Source: an uncultured bacterium
Lineage (GTDB): Bacteria > Babelota > Babeliae > Babelales > Vermiphilaceae
Length of the DNA stretch: 64,000 nt
Direction: 5' to 3'
Assembly: GCA_963727255.1 (NCBI GenBank)
Contig: CAVSFC010000002.1
Span: 608,001-672,000 of the forward strand
This document shows positions 43,602 to 54,477 of the stretch, one piece after another (the first letter of the stretch is position 1; every line of letters begins with the position of its first letter). Under the pieces are notes generated by a model, which saw only the letters and a list, made by a program, of their open reading frames with translations, did not search any database and was not told the origin of the DNA. The position numbers were made by a program, and so were the translations under genes.

Positions 43602-44342
43602 TTAATGCTCCTTAGCATCCTGCATAAACCAGTTATAAACACGTTCTTTAAATACTTCTTCAGTTTCATCTGGTTGTATGATCATGGGTTTGCCGATAAT
43701 CACGGTAATAGGATGATAGATAAACCCAAAAGGTTTGTGGAGGATAAACTTTATGCTACACCAATAATTTTAATAGGAACCACCGGCCGATCAACTTTTT
43801 TTGCAATTACTGCAAATCCACCAAAAAATGGATGTACTTTGCCATCAGTAAAACGGCCGCCTTCAGGGAAAATAATCAGATCCCATGGATGTTTTTTTAC
43901 AATATCAATTGCTTGTACCAGAGTGCGCAATCCGTTCGAACGGGGCTTGTCATATCAACCAACACTGCAATGCGTGGCACAATAAAGCCTAGTAAAGGGC
44001 ATTTTGCAAGTTCTGCCCATGAGAGCCAAATGTGAGGCTTATTTCTGAGAGCGCAGCCAACCAAGGGGATATCAAATGAGGATTGATGATTGGCAACAAT
44101 AATGCAGGGCTCATGAGGAATATTTTCAAGCCCTTTATAACTGATTGGCACAAAGGAGAATTTGATAGCAGGCCCAATAAAAAAACTGTTCGAGAAACAT
44201 AAAAAGTTTATTATCAACGAGAAGTTTTTGGGCGTGAAAAAAGCAGATCGATAATGGAATGGATATTGCTATAAAAAGAACGAGTAATAAGAATACGGCA
44301 CAGCAAACTGTGAATAACATTAAATGGGGTGATCATTATCAT
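43602..44342 (-). CDS. plsC: 1-acyl-sn-glycerol-3-phosphate acyltransferase (frameshifted)
   Basis: VANHQSSFDI and IFPEGGRF motifs. Confidence 0.88.
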
Positions 44343-44351
44343 ATTATTCCT

Positions 44352-45150
44352 TTACCGTTTCAGGATAATAAAGCCCAAATTGATCATGAAGCCGTTTGGT
44401 ATAAAAATTAGTAAGTATGCATAAAGGAATTGGCAGAAATGCATTTGAAATGATGGGTGAGAGTAAAAAACTATTTCTGGCCAAACAAATTGACAATACT
44501 TATCGTATAGAGAATAGAGCAAAGTACAAAAAGAGCAAAATATCAGAAAACAAAATGGATAATTGTAGATAATCATTTTTAATGCTCTTACCATTGATTT
44601 GCATGATACTTTTAATACTTCCATCACTATCAAGAATAAAAAGATATTACAAAAGTGAGTAATGGAGAAACATAGAGAATAATAAGATCAGGAGGCATGA
44701 AGAATGTGACTAAAATAGGAATCAATAAGAACGGGTAAAAAAAGTATATAAAATATGGTATGAATATTTTGTGTTAAAAATACAATCTTATTGCCAATTA
44801 ATAAGCATAGCTATTGGAATTAAGTAGGCAAGAATGCTAAAAAAGATAAAATAGAAAAATTTGAGCCAATAATCTTTATAATAATCCCATCTTTTGCGCT
44901 TCATAGATGGCCGAATAATCAGATACATACCAAAGATGGTAATAAACCATCCAAAAAGAGGAATTAAACAAAAATAGCTCAGTTTATGGCAAAATACGCG
45001 AATAACATAAATCCAGAGCTGACAGCTCAGAGCAAATAACCACCACAGATGCAGCAAGATCAGCTTATAAGATTCAATGATAGATTTTAGAGTTACCAGA
45101 AAAAAAACTTTGCATTTTTAGGGGTAAATAACGATAATGATTCTTTCCAA
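44352..45150 (-). CDS. Hypothetical multi-pass membrane protein (heavily frameshifted; boundaries approximate)
   Basis: Hydrophobic ORF pieces 44352..44633 and 44788..45057. Confidence 0.4.
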
Positions 45151-45449
45151 GAGCGAAAAAATATACACGGTTATCCTTATAACGTACCCTTACTATTGAG
45201 TTCTATTCTAGGGCCTAAAAGGTTCGATCTAAATTTGACTATGTCCTAGGATGGTCAATTGAATTTTAAGGTAGGCAAAATTAGCATAATTGAGCTCTCT
45301 TACAAGAGAGCTCAAAGAAATATTTGACATTTAGTAAATATTTTTGATTACTATAAAAGAGACTTGATAAGGCAAAAAACAGATTTGTTATAACAATATG
45401 CATTAGAATAATGAAGCAACCAGAATTGTAAAAATGATGAGAAATGGAT

Positions 45450-47713
45450 ATGAAAAAGCTATTAATTGTAGAATCTCCGGCCAAAATTAAAACGATATCC
45501 AAGTTTTTGGGTAAAGATTTTAAAATTATGTCCACTATGGGACATGTAAAGGATCTTCCTACCAAAAAAGACTGGGGTTACTATTAATGGCTCAATAGAA
45601 ATTGAATATGTTCCGATTGAAAATAAAGATAAAACGATTGCTGAAATCTGCAAAGCAGCATCAGCGCGCAGATGAAATTTATTTGGCTCCCGATCCTGAT
45701 CGTGAAGGGGAAATTATTGCATGGCACGTTGAACAAGAAGTAAAAAAAGTAACCAAAAAAGCAAAAATTCATCGTATTACCTTTAATGAAATCACCAAGA
45801 GCAGCTATTCAGGAAGCGATCGAACATCCTGGCGATGTTGATATGAATAAAGTGGCTGCGCAGCAAGCGCGCCGCGTTCTTGATCGATGGGTGGGCTATG
45901 AAGTATCTCCTATTCTATGGGTAAAAATTGCTCCGGGACTTTCTGCCGGCCGTGTGCAATCAGTTGCGCTTCGTTTAATTTGCGATCGTGAAGAAGCAAT
46001 TCGTAGCTTTAAGCCTGAAGAATATTGGACCATTACCGGCTTCTTTAAGCATGCAGATGGCACTATTGAAGCTGCACTTACGCAAATTGGCAAAGAAAAA
46101 GCTGAAATTAAAAATAAAAAAGATGCTGATGATATTGTTGCAAAGATTAAAAAAGCAGACTATGCCATCGAATCAATCACCGATAAAGAGCGCACCAAAA
46201 ATCCGTTGCCTCCATTTATGACCAGTACCTTGCAGCAGGCTGCGTTTAATCAGCTTGGTTTTTCAGTTAAAAAGACCATGCAATTGGCGCAGCAGTTATA
46301 TGAAGGTGTGCCCTTAGAAGATCCAAGCACGCCCGTTGCATTAATTACCTATATGCGTACCGATTCATTGCGTCTTTCTGATACGGCATTCAAACAGGCT
46401 CGTGAATATATTCATAAAAATTTTGATAAAGAATATTTGCCCGCAACAAGCTAATTATTATGCCAAATCAAAAGCAAAAGAAAAGAAGCGACTACGCAAG
46501 ATGCGCACGAAGCAATTCGCCCCATTGATGCCTTTATCACTCCTGATAAAGCACGCAAATATTTGCCAAAAGATTTGGCAGCGTTATATGAACTGATTTG
46601 GAAGCGCTTTGTTGCATGCCAAATGAAGCCAGCACTTTATGCGCAACGCCAAGTGGTAATCAAAGGTGGAGAATTTACCTTTAAAGTTACCGGATCAACC
46701 TTAATCTTTGATGGATTCTTAAAAGTATATAATGCTGCTGAAGATGAAGAAGAAAAAGAAGGCAAAGTAGTATTGCCAAAGGGTATTAAAAAAATGATGA
46801 ATTAGATCTGCAAAAAGTTAATCCAAAGCAACATTTTACCCAACCGCCACCACGATATACTGAAGCATCATTGGTAAAAGATTTAGAAAAAGAAGGTATT
46901 GGGCGCCCAAGTACCTATGCAACTATTATGAATACTATTCGTGCGCGGCAGTATACCGTTGTTGATACCAAAAAGCGATTCAATCCAACTGAATTGGGTA
47001 TGACGGTTACTAAAATGCTTGTAGAAAATCTTCCAAAAATTATGGATATTAAGTTTACTGCCCATATGGAAGAGCATCTTGATAAAGTTGCGCAAGGAGA
47101 ACTTGGATCGTGATACCTTATTGCGCGGATTCTATGAACCATTCACTAAAGATGTACAAAGAGTTTAAGGGCCAAGATGGCAAACGTGTTGCTGAGCCAA
47201 CTGAGATTACTTGTCCTGAATGCAAAAAGCATAAACTGGCAATTCGTTTTGGCAAAGCCGGCGAATTCTTAGGATGCCTTGGATATCCAAAGTGCGATTT
47301 TACCTCCAATTTCAAACGTAATGAAAAGGGTGAAATTGAATTGGTAAAAGCTCCTGAACCGCAAGTGCTTGCATGAAAAATGTCCGCAATGCGGCAAGCC
47401 ATTACGGCAGATTGTAGGTAAATTTGGCCCATTTATTGCATGTTCCGGATATCCAGAATGCAAATATATTCATCATGTCAAAGCAAAATTCCCCTGCCCA
47501 CTTGATGGTGGTGAAGTGGTGCAACGGCGTTGGCGCGGAGGCACCTTCTGGGGCTGCAATAATTATCCAAAATGTAAGTTTGCAGTCTTTGGGGATATTG
47601 AAGAAACCCCATGCCCAAAATGTAAGTTGCCATTCTTAGTCAAAAAAGTAGATAAAGAAGGCAAAGTTACCCTGTTCTGCTCAGATAAGAATTGCGGATA
47701 TAAAAAAGAGTGA
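45450..47713 (+). CDS. topA: DNA topoisomerase I with C-terminal Zn ribbons (frameshifted)
   Basis: [68 protein letters not shown] ribbons. Confidence 0.96.
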
Positions 47714-47725
47714 TGTTCTAATAAT

Positions 47726-48511
47726 TTATGCCAATTTTTTTAATGTGTCTCTCGATCCTGATAAATAGGCTTGCTTTTCTTGTTCTGCTAATGCCGAATC
47801 AAAGTTTGCTACTTTTTCATCAAGATGCGAGTATCTTATGCCAATAAATTCAATATCCGGGTGTAAAATGCATTTTATTTGATGAAGGTATTTTTCTTTA
47901 TCATCGATAACAATCACTTTGGTTGGCGTATGTTCAAAATGTGCAAGGACATGTTTTAAGGTAATTCCTTTATCTCCCCCGCAGCAGAAAATAATGCCGT
48001 CTTTATAGCGGAAAGAAGAGCCATGGCCAAGTAATTCATTATATCCAAAGGCAGAATGCGCAAAATCAATGTCGATCGCTCGTAATTGCTCAATGGTGCG
48101 ATCACTGATTTCGATTGAGCGAATTGTGCATGCGATAACCGTGATTCCTGCTTCTTGTAACTGCTTAATGATCTCAGGAATGGATGGTTCAACGGGTTTT
48201 AAATCAACAATGTGAGTTAATTCGTAATAGAATGGCAAGACTTGCGCTACCGCTTTCTTGGGTTCAATGCCTTGCTCAATCAGTTTTGCAATCTCATAAT
48301 TCACCCATATGTCCCCGCCAAGCATTCGAAATGGATGGCCTTGAATTGCAATCGTATTATCAATGTCTAAAATTACAACGGTGTTTTTATGGTAATCATC
48401 TTCGGTTATATAGTTAAAGATTGATGCGAATTCTGCATGTTCAATAATATTCTGGAGCGCTGATGTGGTAAAAAAAACGAGTAGTAAACTAATGCTTAAA
48501 AAATGTTTCAT
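47726..48511 (-). CDS. Exported HAD-like protein (DUF2608-like)
   Basis: Signal peptide; VILDIDNT, DKG, VIVIDDK. Confidence 0.8.
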   Translation of the reverse strand: MKHFLSISLLLVFFTTSALQNIIEHAEFASIFNYITEDDYHKNTVVILDIDNTIAIQGHPFRMLGGDIWVNYEIAKLIEQGIEPKKAVAQVLPFYYELTHIVDLKPVEPSIPEIIKQLQEAGITVIACTIRSIEISDRTIEQLRAIDIDFAHSAFGYNELLGHGSSFRYKDGIIFCCGGDKGITLKHVLAHFEHTPTKVIVIDDKEKYLHQIKCILHPDIEFIGIRYSHLDEKVANFDSALAEQEKQAYLSGSRDTLKKLA

Positions 48512-48672
48512 GGAAGTTTCCTGGAAGATTATTGTATTATTTTATCGCTGCTTAAGTATAAAATCTTTCAAGTGTTCCTTCAATAATTATTTGGTTGGTT
48601 GACTCACTGCATAGATGCTTTAAAATAGAGGTAAGTATTTTTCTGATTATTAATTCTATTTGTAGGGATCAA

Positions 48673-49374
48673 ATGTTCTCATATAAGAAAAGTCTTATCT
48701 TTGCATCGGCAATTTTTATATCATCAATTGCTCATTCAAGCGAATTTAACGAGAAAGCAGTAATAAAAGACTATGATAAACAGCGGGATGAAACGGCAAT
48801 TATTGCAATTCTTGATCAGTATCCTAAATTTCTTCGTTATGAAAGCATGGGACTTCCTGTTGGGACAACTGAACAATACATTAATAATTCAAAATATACT
48901 ACCCACGTAATACAAGAAAATGATTTAACAGTTGGCTTTGTGAGTTTTATTAAAATTGATAAAAGGCTTCTTTTTTTAAACTTTGGATCAATAGGGCTTA
49001 TCCATTTAATGGGAATAGATACTGAGCATCAAGGCAAGCACTATGGCAATGCTTTGCTTTCTCATGCTATTAACGAATTATTAGATAAAGGCGTGAGCCA
49101 GATATTTTTGACAACCAAGGTTACTAATGAAAAAGCGCGAAAGCTCTATGAAAAATCTGGTTTCAAGTTAGTTACTCTGGTTGGTGAAGACTGCTTTTAC
49201 CTTGCAAACTTTGTAAATGAAAAGGCGCCGCAACCAACTATCGAAGAAAAAGCGTTACAATGCGCGTTGCGTCATCCAGGCAAATCTCTATTGTGTTTGT
49301 GTGCTGTATTGATAGGAGGAGGTTATGCCAGCTACAAAGGGATGAAGTCATTGTGGCATCAATTTTATATCTAA
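48673..49374 (+). CDS. GNAT acetyltransferase with signal peptide and C-terminal TM
   Basis: IDTEHQGKHYGNALL, NEKARKLYEKSGF. Confidence 0.88.
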   Translation: MFSYKKSLIFASAIFISSIAHSSEFNEKAVIKDYDKQRDETAIIAILDQYPKFLRYESMGLPVGTTEQYINNSKYTTHVIQENDLTVGFVSFIKIDKRLLFLNFGSIGLIHLMGIDTEHQGKHYGNALLSHAINELLDKGVSQIFLTTKVTNEKARKLYEKSGFKLVTLVGEDCFYLANFVNEKAPQPTIEEKALQCALRHPGKSLLCLCAVLIGGGYASYKGMKSLWHQFYI

Positions 49375-49424
49375 GAATCAATAATTTCGTAAGTAAGAAG
49401 GACACAGTGAGGTGCCCTTTAATT

Positions 49425-49871
49425 TTACTTATGTTTGCAACTGCAACCAGTAAGCTTGCAAGCGCACCATGCATACCATTTTCCCGGTCCGCCAACGACG
49501 ATTGCCAGTAAGAAGAATACGAGGCTCAGTGGATATTCATCCCCGCCATTTTGAGAAAAAAATCCATTATTCCAATGCACAAACCATACTGCCCCCAGCA
49601 TTACCGGAATTATCATTAAGGCGCCAATTTCTGCTGCAATACCGCTTAATAATAAGAAACCGCCTATCAATTCAGCAAAAGCGGCTAAATAGGCAAGCAA
49701 TGGTGGGATGCCCATGCCGCCGGCCCATTGCACAAATCCTTCCAGGCCAGGTCCGCCAAAAAGACCAAGAACTTTTTGTGCGCCGTGCGCGATAAAGATA
49801 ACGCCAAGCGTCCATCGTACAATAGATAATGCAACTTCAGTACGGTTTGGGATATGCCTGCAAAACATCAT
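49425..49871 (-). CDS. DoxX family membrane protein
   Basis: FIAHGAQKVLGLFGGPG, AELIGG, VH...GFF. Confidence 0.9.
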   Translation of the reverse strand: MMFCRHIPNRTEVALSIVRWTLGVIFIAHGAQKVLGLFGGPGLEGFVQWAGGMGIPPLLAYLAAFAELIGGFLLLSGIAAEIGALMIIPVMLGAVWFVHWNNGFFSQNGGDEYPLSLVFFLLAIVVGGPGKWYAWCACKLTGCSCKHK

Positions 49872-49944
49872 GACTCCTTTTTAATGAGTAAAATAATCAC
49901 TAGTTTTGAGTCTATGATGATTTATGTTTTTTGAGAAGGCAGAT

Positions 49945-51228
49945 TTACTTTTCTTTTCGATTATAAAGAATCATGCCGATGATAATCCCAGCCAATAGCA
50001 CAGCTGAATACATAAAACGAGTAGTCATATCAGAGCTTAAGGTATACCAGCTATAAGCTGAAAAACCAATAACCATAATAAGTCCCAAAATGGTTAGAGG
50101 AATTTTACCATGGCTTTCTTTGCGTTTGTGAACAATTAATAATGATACAAATGGCAAGAAGAAAGAAAGGAATACACCGAAAATGCAAAGTCCACCAGTT
50201 AAAGGAATACTTGGGATCAATGTTGCTATAAGAAATACTACGATTCCTTGTAATACCAGCCCTGCCCATGGTCTTCCCAAGCTGGTGGTGGCTGTCAGGA
50301 ATGAGCCGCCTTTAAAAAGACCTTCTTGGGCCATTGATTGCAATAAGATCGCATTTGCATTAATCATACCAATGAGGCTTGCAATAAAGATAAGAATCGA
50401 AGCAGTTGGGATTAATATTGAAAGTAATGTTTTGAGGTAGGGGATTGGTAACGTAATGAAATCTGGGAAGTTAGGCGCCCCTAAGCATGCCAAGTTTTGC
50501 GCGCCCATGAGGTTGAGCAATCCAAAATGAAAGAGCATATAAAGAAGACCGGTGCCCAAGAATCCAATCAAAATAGCTTTTGGCGCGTTTTTCTCACTAT
50601 CTTTTATGAGATGGCTTATTCCAACACAGTACTCAAATCCAAAATAGCCAAAAATAGGAAGTGTTAATGAGGCAGGCAGTAACGTGAGTTCTGCTCCAGT
50701 GATGGTGAATGAGGGATTTATAATGAATGGGAGCAAGAGAATCAAAATAACCAATGGCATAATTTTTACCAAAGTTAATGAATTCAAGAAATTGCTTACT
50801 ATTTTTAAGCTCAACAAACTGAATGCGATAACTGCTGCAACCGTAACCGCATTAAACAAGATCGGATTACCGGTGAATGCATTTACTCCGCATTTTTTAA
50901 GCAAAATATCTTGAAGTGCCAATAGTTCAACCGTTGCTGCAAAGGTGTAGCCGAAAATATAGAGCCAGCCACTTGCAAAACCTGCAGTTCGATTTAGCCC
51001 TTGTTTGGCGTATAAATAAAAGCCGCCAGCCCCGGGAAAAAGCTGCGATAGCTCAATCGTACAGAGCACAATCGGTAAGAATAAGAGTGCGACCAAAGGC
51101 CATGCTAAAAAGGAGGCGTTGCCAGAAATGGCAGCGGCTTTACCAGGACCAATAAGGATTCCTGATCCAATCATTATATTCATGTTTAGCAAGATAGCCG
51201 TCGAAAGCGATATTTTGTGGTCTTTCAT
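49945..51228 (-). CDS. APC-family amino acid permease
   Basis: MIGSGI, PGAGGFYLY, YFGFE; 12 TM. Confidence 0.9.
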   Translation of the reverse strand: MKDHKISLSTAILLNMNIMIGSGILIGPGKAAAISGNASFLAWPLVALLFLPIVLCTIELSQLFPGAGGFYLYAKQGLNRTAGFASGWLYIFGYTFAATVELLALQDILLKKCGVNAFTGNPILFNAVTVAAVIAFSLLSLKIVSNFLNSLTLVKIMPLVILILLLPFIINPSFTITGAELTLLPASLTLPIFGYFGFEYCVGISHLIKDSEKNAPKAILIGFLGTGLLYMLFHFGLLNLMGAQNLACLGAPNFPDFITLPIPYLKTLLSILIPTASILIFIASLIGMINANAILLQSMAQEGLFKGGSFLTATTSLGRPWAGLVLQGIVVFLIATLIPSIPLTGGLCIFGVFLSFFLPFVSLLIVHKRKESHGKIPLTILGLIMVIGFSAYSWYTLSSDMTTRFMYSAVLLAGIIIGMILYNRKEK

Positions 51229-51431
51229 TTGATACGCACTTTATAAAAATAGTTTAATAATACAATACCAGAGCTTGGTAAATTAGGGCTAAGAAATGAT
51301 ATCGAGGCCTCTTCGATAAGATTTTAATTGGCAAAGCTCTAGTGCTAATATACTGTATGTGTGGCAATTTGACTAGCCACAAGTTCTCAAAATAAGATTT
51401 GATTTGATTTTTGCGTTAGCACTACAATTTT

Positions 51432-51890
51432 TTATGGCTGAATATAATCGAGAACAACAGTACCATCGGGCTTTATGATAGCTACAAAGTGCTTTTTGTC
51501 TTTAGCAGATAGTTGCTTTATTAATGACATTTTTGTTTCCCATCCAGAGTGAATTAAACTTTTCGCTTGAGCGCGAAAGTTTGCGATGTTTTTAGTGAGA
51601 AAAACGTCATTTCCCAAAGGTTCGAATTGTATCATATAAAATCCTTGTTCGGTAGCAAGTTCAACTGGTGTGCCAACTGCAAGACCTGCAAGATTAATTT
51701 TCTTTTTATCCTCAGGTACTAAAAACTCATGAGTTTCAGGAAGATTTGGACCTTTTTTGATATCCAAGCGTGCTAAATTTTGAGATGTATTTGAGATTAA
51801 AAGTTCGATATTTGTATTCTTTTGCATAGCATGAATACTATTGCCTGCTAGAAAAGTGATTATAACTAAAAGCATATATTTAAAATTCAT
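51432..51890 (-). CDS. Exported hypothetical protein
   Basis: RBS ggag; signal IHA|MQK. Confidence 0.7.
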   Translation of the reverse strand: MNFKYMLLVIITFLAGNSIHAMQKNTNIELLISNTSQNLARLDIKKGPNLPETHEFLVPEDKKKINLAGLAVGTPVELATEQGFYMIQFEPLGNDVFLTKNIANFRAQAKSLIHSGWETKMSLIKQLSAKDKKHFVAIIKPDGTVVLDYIQP

Positions 51891-51979
51891 AAAGAACTCC
51901 CGTTTCTAATATTACAAACATTCCATATTACAAATATTATGTTATTTATTTATATAAGTAAATAATTTTTAGGAGAAAT

Positions 51980-52396
51980 ATGAGAATAAGACATTGCATC
52001 TGGCTCACAATCGTTCAGTGTGCGATTATTATTGGAATGCAAGACCAAATGCGCCTAAATTCTTCGACGGTTTTGTATACTGATACTATCATGCAACAGA
52101 CGATCGAAAAGGCAAAGCAAGAAGTTCGGCAGGAGAGCCAGGAGATAATACAGGCATTCGAGGCTCAAAAGGGGCTAGCAATGAGCTTATATGAAATGGA
52201 AGCTCAAAATTCTACAGCACGATTAGAAGAATTGGCTGTTATGAAGGAAAAATATCAGCAGATTCAGAATGGGGTTAGTAAATGTTCTGAGGATTTGAAG
52301 TCTCTTTTAATAACATCGCATTATAAAACAACTGAATTGCCTATTCCAAAGTTGCAAGATCTTTTAGCAGCTCTTGAAAAGCTGAGCACACTGTGA
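51980..52396 (+). CDS. Exported coiled-coil hypothetical protein
   Basis: RBS aggag; signal IIG|MQD. Confidence 0.7.
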   Translation: MRIRHCIWLTIVQCAIIIGMQDQMRLNSSTVLYTDTIMQQTIEKAKQEVRQESQEIIQAFEAQKGLAMSLYEMEAQNSTARLEELAVMKEKYQQIQNGVSKCSEDLKSLLITSHYKTTELPIPKLQDLLAALEKLSTL

Positions 52397-52414
52397 ATTT
52401 CCTAGAGGGATAAT

Positions 52415-53365
52415 TCAGCTCACAAATAAAATAAACCCGAGCGCAATCAATAAAACATAAATAGCGGCACTATCAATAACCCCTTGTGCAAATATACTCG
52501 TTCGGGCCAATGCAGAATACTGTTCAGGATTAGTGGCAATCTCTTTGCATGCTGCTGCAGCAGTTCTTCCCGAGCTTAATCCGGGGCCAAACATGCCCAA
52601 ACCAGTGGTGATTCCTGCCATAAGCATCGCAATGCCGGCGATAAGGGTTTTGGGAACACTGCCCAATAAAAACAGAGACGTTACTAATGAAAAAATAGTC
52701 GGTGATTCTATAATAGCTTGGCTAATAAAGGTAAAGGTGAGAATGCGACCATAGGCATTTCTATTGCTGCCAATTCCCTTGATAGCGGTTCTTGCAAAGT
52801 GAGCTAGCCCAATCGCCGGACCAATTGACCCTAGGCCAATTGCAATACCTGCGCCAATTAATCGCAAGCTATCAGCGAGTGATGCGATTAACGTTGCTTG
52901 AACTTTAATAAAAAGAGCCACGATGAATGCGAGAATCAAAGGAGTTTGAATGACTGATAAAACAATAAGTGTAAAATTAAAAATCGATTGGGCATGGAAC
53001 GGCTGCCGCGCCGTTGCATAGCATGCCTCTTGCGCTGGCCATGCAGAAAATAAACCGATTATTAACCCAGAACCTATGATTGCAAATCCTATACCGATTT
53101 TTGCAAGATCACTATAGAATGGGTTTATTGCTTGGACATCTTCAAATAATAAAATAAGTGCAACAAAAACACTCACAATCGCTGAAGTTTCAATGAGCGC
53201 GGAGCTGAGCAACGATAAATTGCTGATCTTATCTTTAATGTGCGGCTGAATATCAATCGATTCGAACGCCGCTTTATTGGTTAATCCTTGGCTCAATCCA
53301 ACACTAATTGCCGAAACGATGATCGTGAGTGAAGCAATCAGATAGTTTGCGATGCTGGTTGTCAT
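52415..53365 (-). CDS. atpE: F-type ATP synthase c subunit, four fused hairpins (316 aa)
   Basis: Four proteolipid repeats with Gly-rich first helices, loops IQP/RQP/SNR/TNP and ion-site residues E/Q/E/D; overlaps the atpB stop (ATGA). Confidence 0.9.
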   Translation of the reverse strand: MTTSIANYLIASLTIIVSAISVGLSQGLTNKAAFESIDIQPHIKDKISNLSLLSSALIETSAIVSVFVALILLFEDVQAINPFYSDLAKIGIGFAIIGSGLIIGLFSAWPAQEACYATARQPFHAQSIFNFTLIVLSVIQTPLILAFIVALFIKVQATLIASLADSLRLIGAGIAIGLGSIGPAIGLAHFARTAIKGIGSNRNAYGRILTFTFISQAIIESPTIFSLVTSLFLLGSVPKTLIAGIAMLMAGITTGLGMFGPGLSSGRTAAAACKEIATNPEQYSALARTSIFAQGVIDSAAIYVLLIALGFILFVS

Positions 53366-54114
53366 GTCATTTCCCCAAGATCATGATCAATCTCTTCATG
53401 AGATAAGGCGATTGCAAGATAGGTCATGGTGAGCATAGTAAATACAAATGCTTGTAAAAATCCCTCAAAAAGAATAAAAAATCCCACTATAGCGAGATTA
53501 TTGCCGGTAACCAACCCTAAAATTTGAAACAATGCTGATTTTTCTATTACCGCAGTATAAATATGCACAATGGTCGCACCGCCAAAAATGTTGCCGAATA
53601 AACGGAATGAGATTGAAATGATCGTAGATATTTTTCCGATGATGTGCAAGGGGAACATGAAGAAAAATGGTAAAAAATATTCTTTAAGGTACCCAAAAAA
53701 GCCATGATTTCGTATTGCGGCAATCTGGATATAGGAAAATGAGAGCATTCCAAGCGCAAGCGCAGTATTTAAATCTTTTGTCGGTTCATCAACCCAGGGT
53801 AAAATTGCGATGCAGTTGCAAAAAATTATAAAGGTGAAGAGGGAAATAATAAATGCGGTATGCCCAAATGAGAAATAGCCAAATGATTGCGAGCACAAAT
53901 CGATAAATGAGCGCACATACATAAGCACCACATAGCGCCCGGTGTTTGATTTATAGCGCAAAAGCCAGCGTGCCAGGACTATGAAAAGCATAATCGCAGC
54001 AATTGTAATCCATGTATTAATAATGGTATCGGAATTGATTGAAAAGAAAGGGCTACTAAAACCTAAATAGGAAAGCGGGTGCCACTGTTTACCGTTGAGT
54101 AGGCCAATATCCAT
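53362..54114 (-). CDS. atpB: F-type ATP synthase a subunit
   Basis: PTKDLN, SISFRLFGNIFGG (essential Arg), FLQAFVFTML. Confidence 0.95.
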   Translation of the reverse strand: MDIGLLNGKQWHPLSYLGFSSPFFSINSDTIINTWITIAAIMLFIVLARWLLRYKSNTGRYVVLMYVRSFIDLCSQSFGYFSFGHTAFIISLFTFIIFCNCIAILPWVDEPTKDLNTALALGMLSFSYIQIAAIRNHGFFGYLKEYFLPFFFMFPLHIIGKISTIISISFRLFGNIFGGATIVHIYTAVIEKSALFQILGLVTGNNLAIVGFFILFEGFLQAFVFTMLTMTYLAIALSHEEIDHDLGEMT

Positions 54115-54362
54115 GGAACTTACACCTAAGAATTACCAACCAAAATGTTGCCAAGAAAGAGAGTACCAGAGTTATTGGCTGAATGGAAGGTAATGCTAAC
54201 AGATAAATTCCTGCGGCCAGCAAAAAGCAAAATCGGAGTAGGGTGAAGGCAATATGGGTAAAAAGCGAAGGAGCTCCCCTTCTTGATTGCAAGAAGAGGA
54301 GCCCATATATAGATCCGATTAAAATTCCGGCACTGATTGAAAGGAAGATTGACTTGAGCATA
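54089..54362 (-). CDS. AtpI/AtpR-like small membrane protein
   Basis: Three hydrophobic helices from MLKSIFL; directly upstream of atpB. Confidence 0.6.
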
Positions 54363-54380
54363 GGTATTTTTTTAGGAAAT

Positions 54381-54465
54381 TCGCTCGAATGGTTCGACAG
54401 GCTCACCACGAGCGGACAGAGTTTATATTTCCCGCTCGTCCTGAGCTCGTCGAAGGATTCGAGTG
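54381..54465. repeat. Palindromic repeat
   Basis: ctcgaatggttcgacaggctcaccacgagcgg...ccgctcgtcctgagctcgtcgaaggattcgag. Confidence 0.85.
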
Positions 54466-54477
54466 GGAATAATTCCC

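Noticed and set aside
51980..52396. Coiled-coil ORF next to atpE as ATP synthase subunit b
   Set aside because: It is on the opposite strand and its N-terminus fits the signal+MQ pattern rather than the b-subunit anchor.
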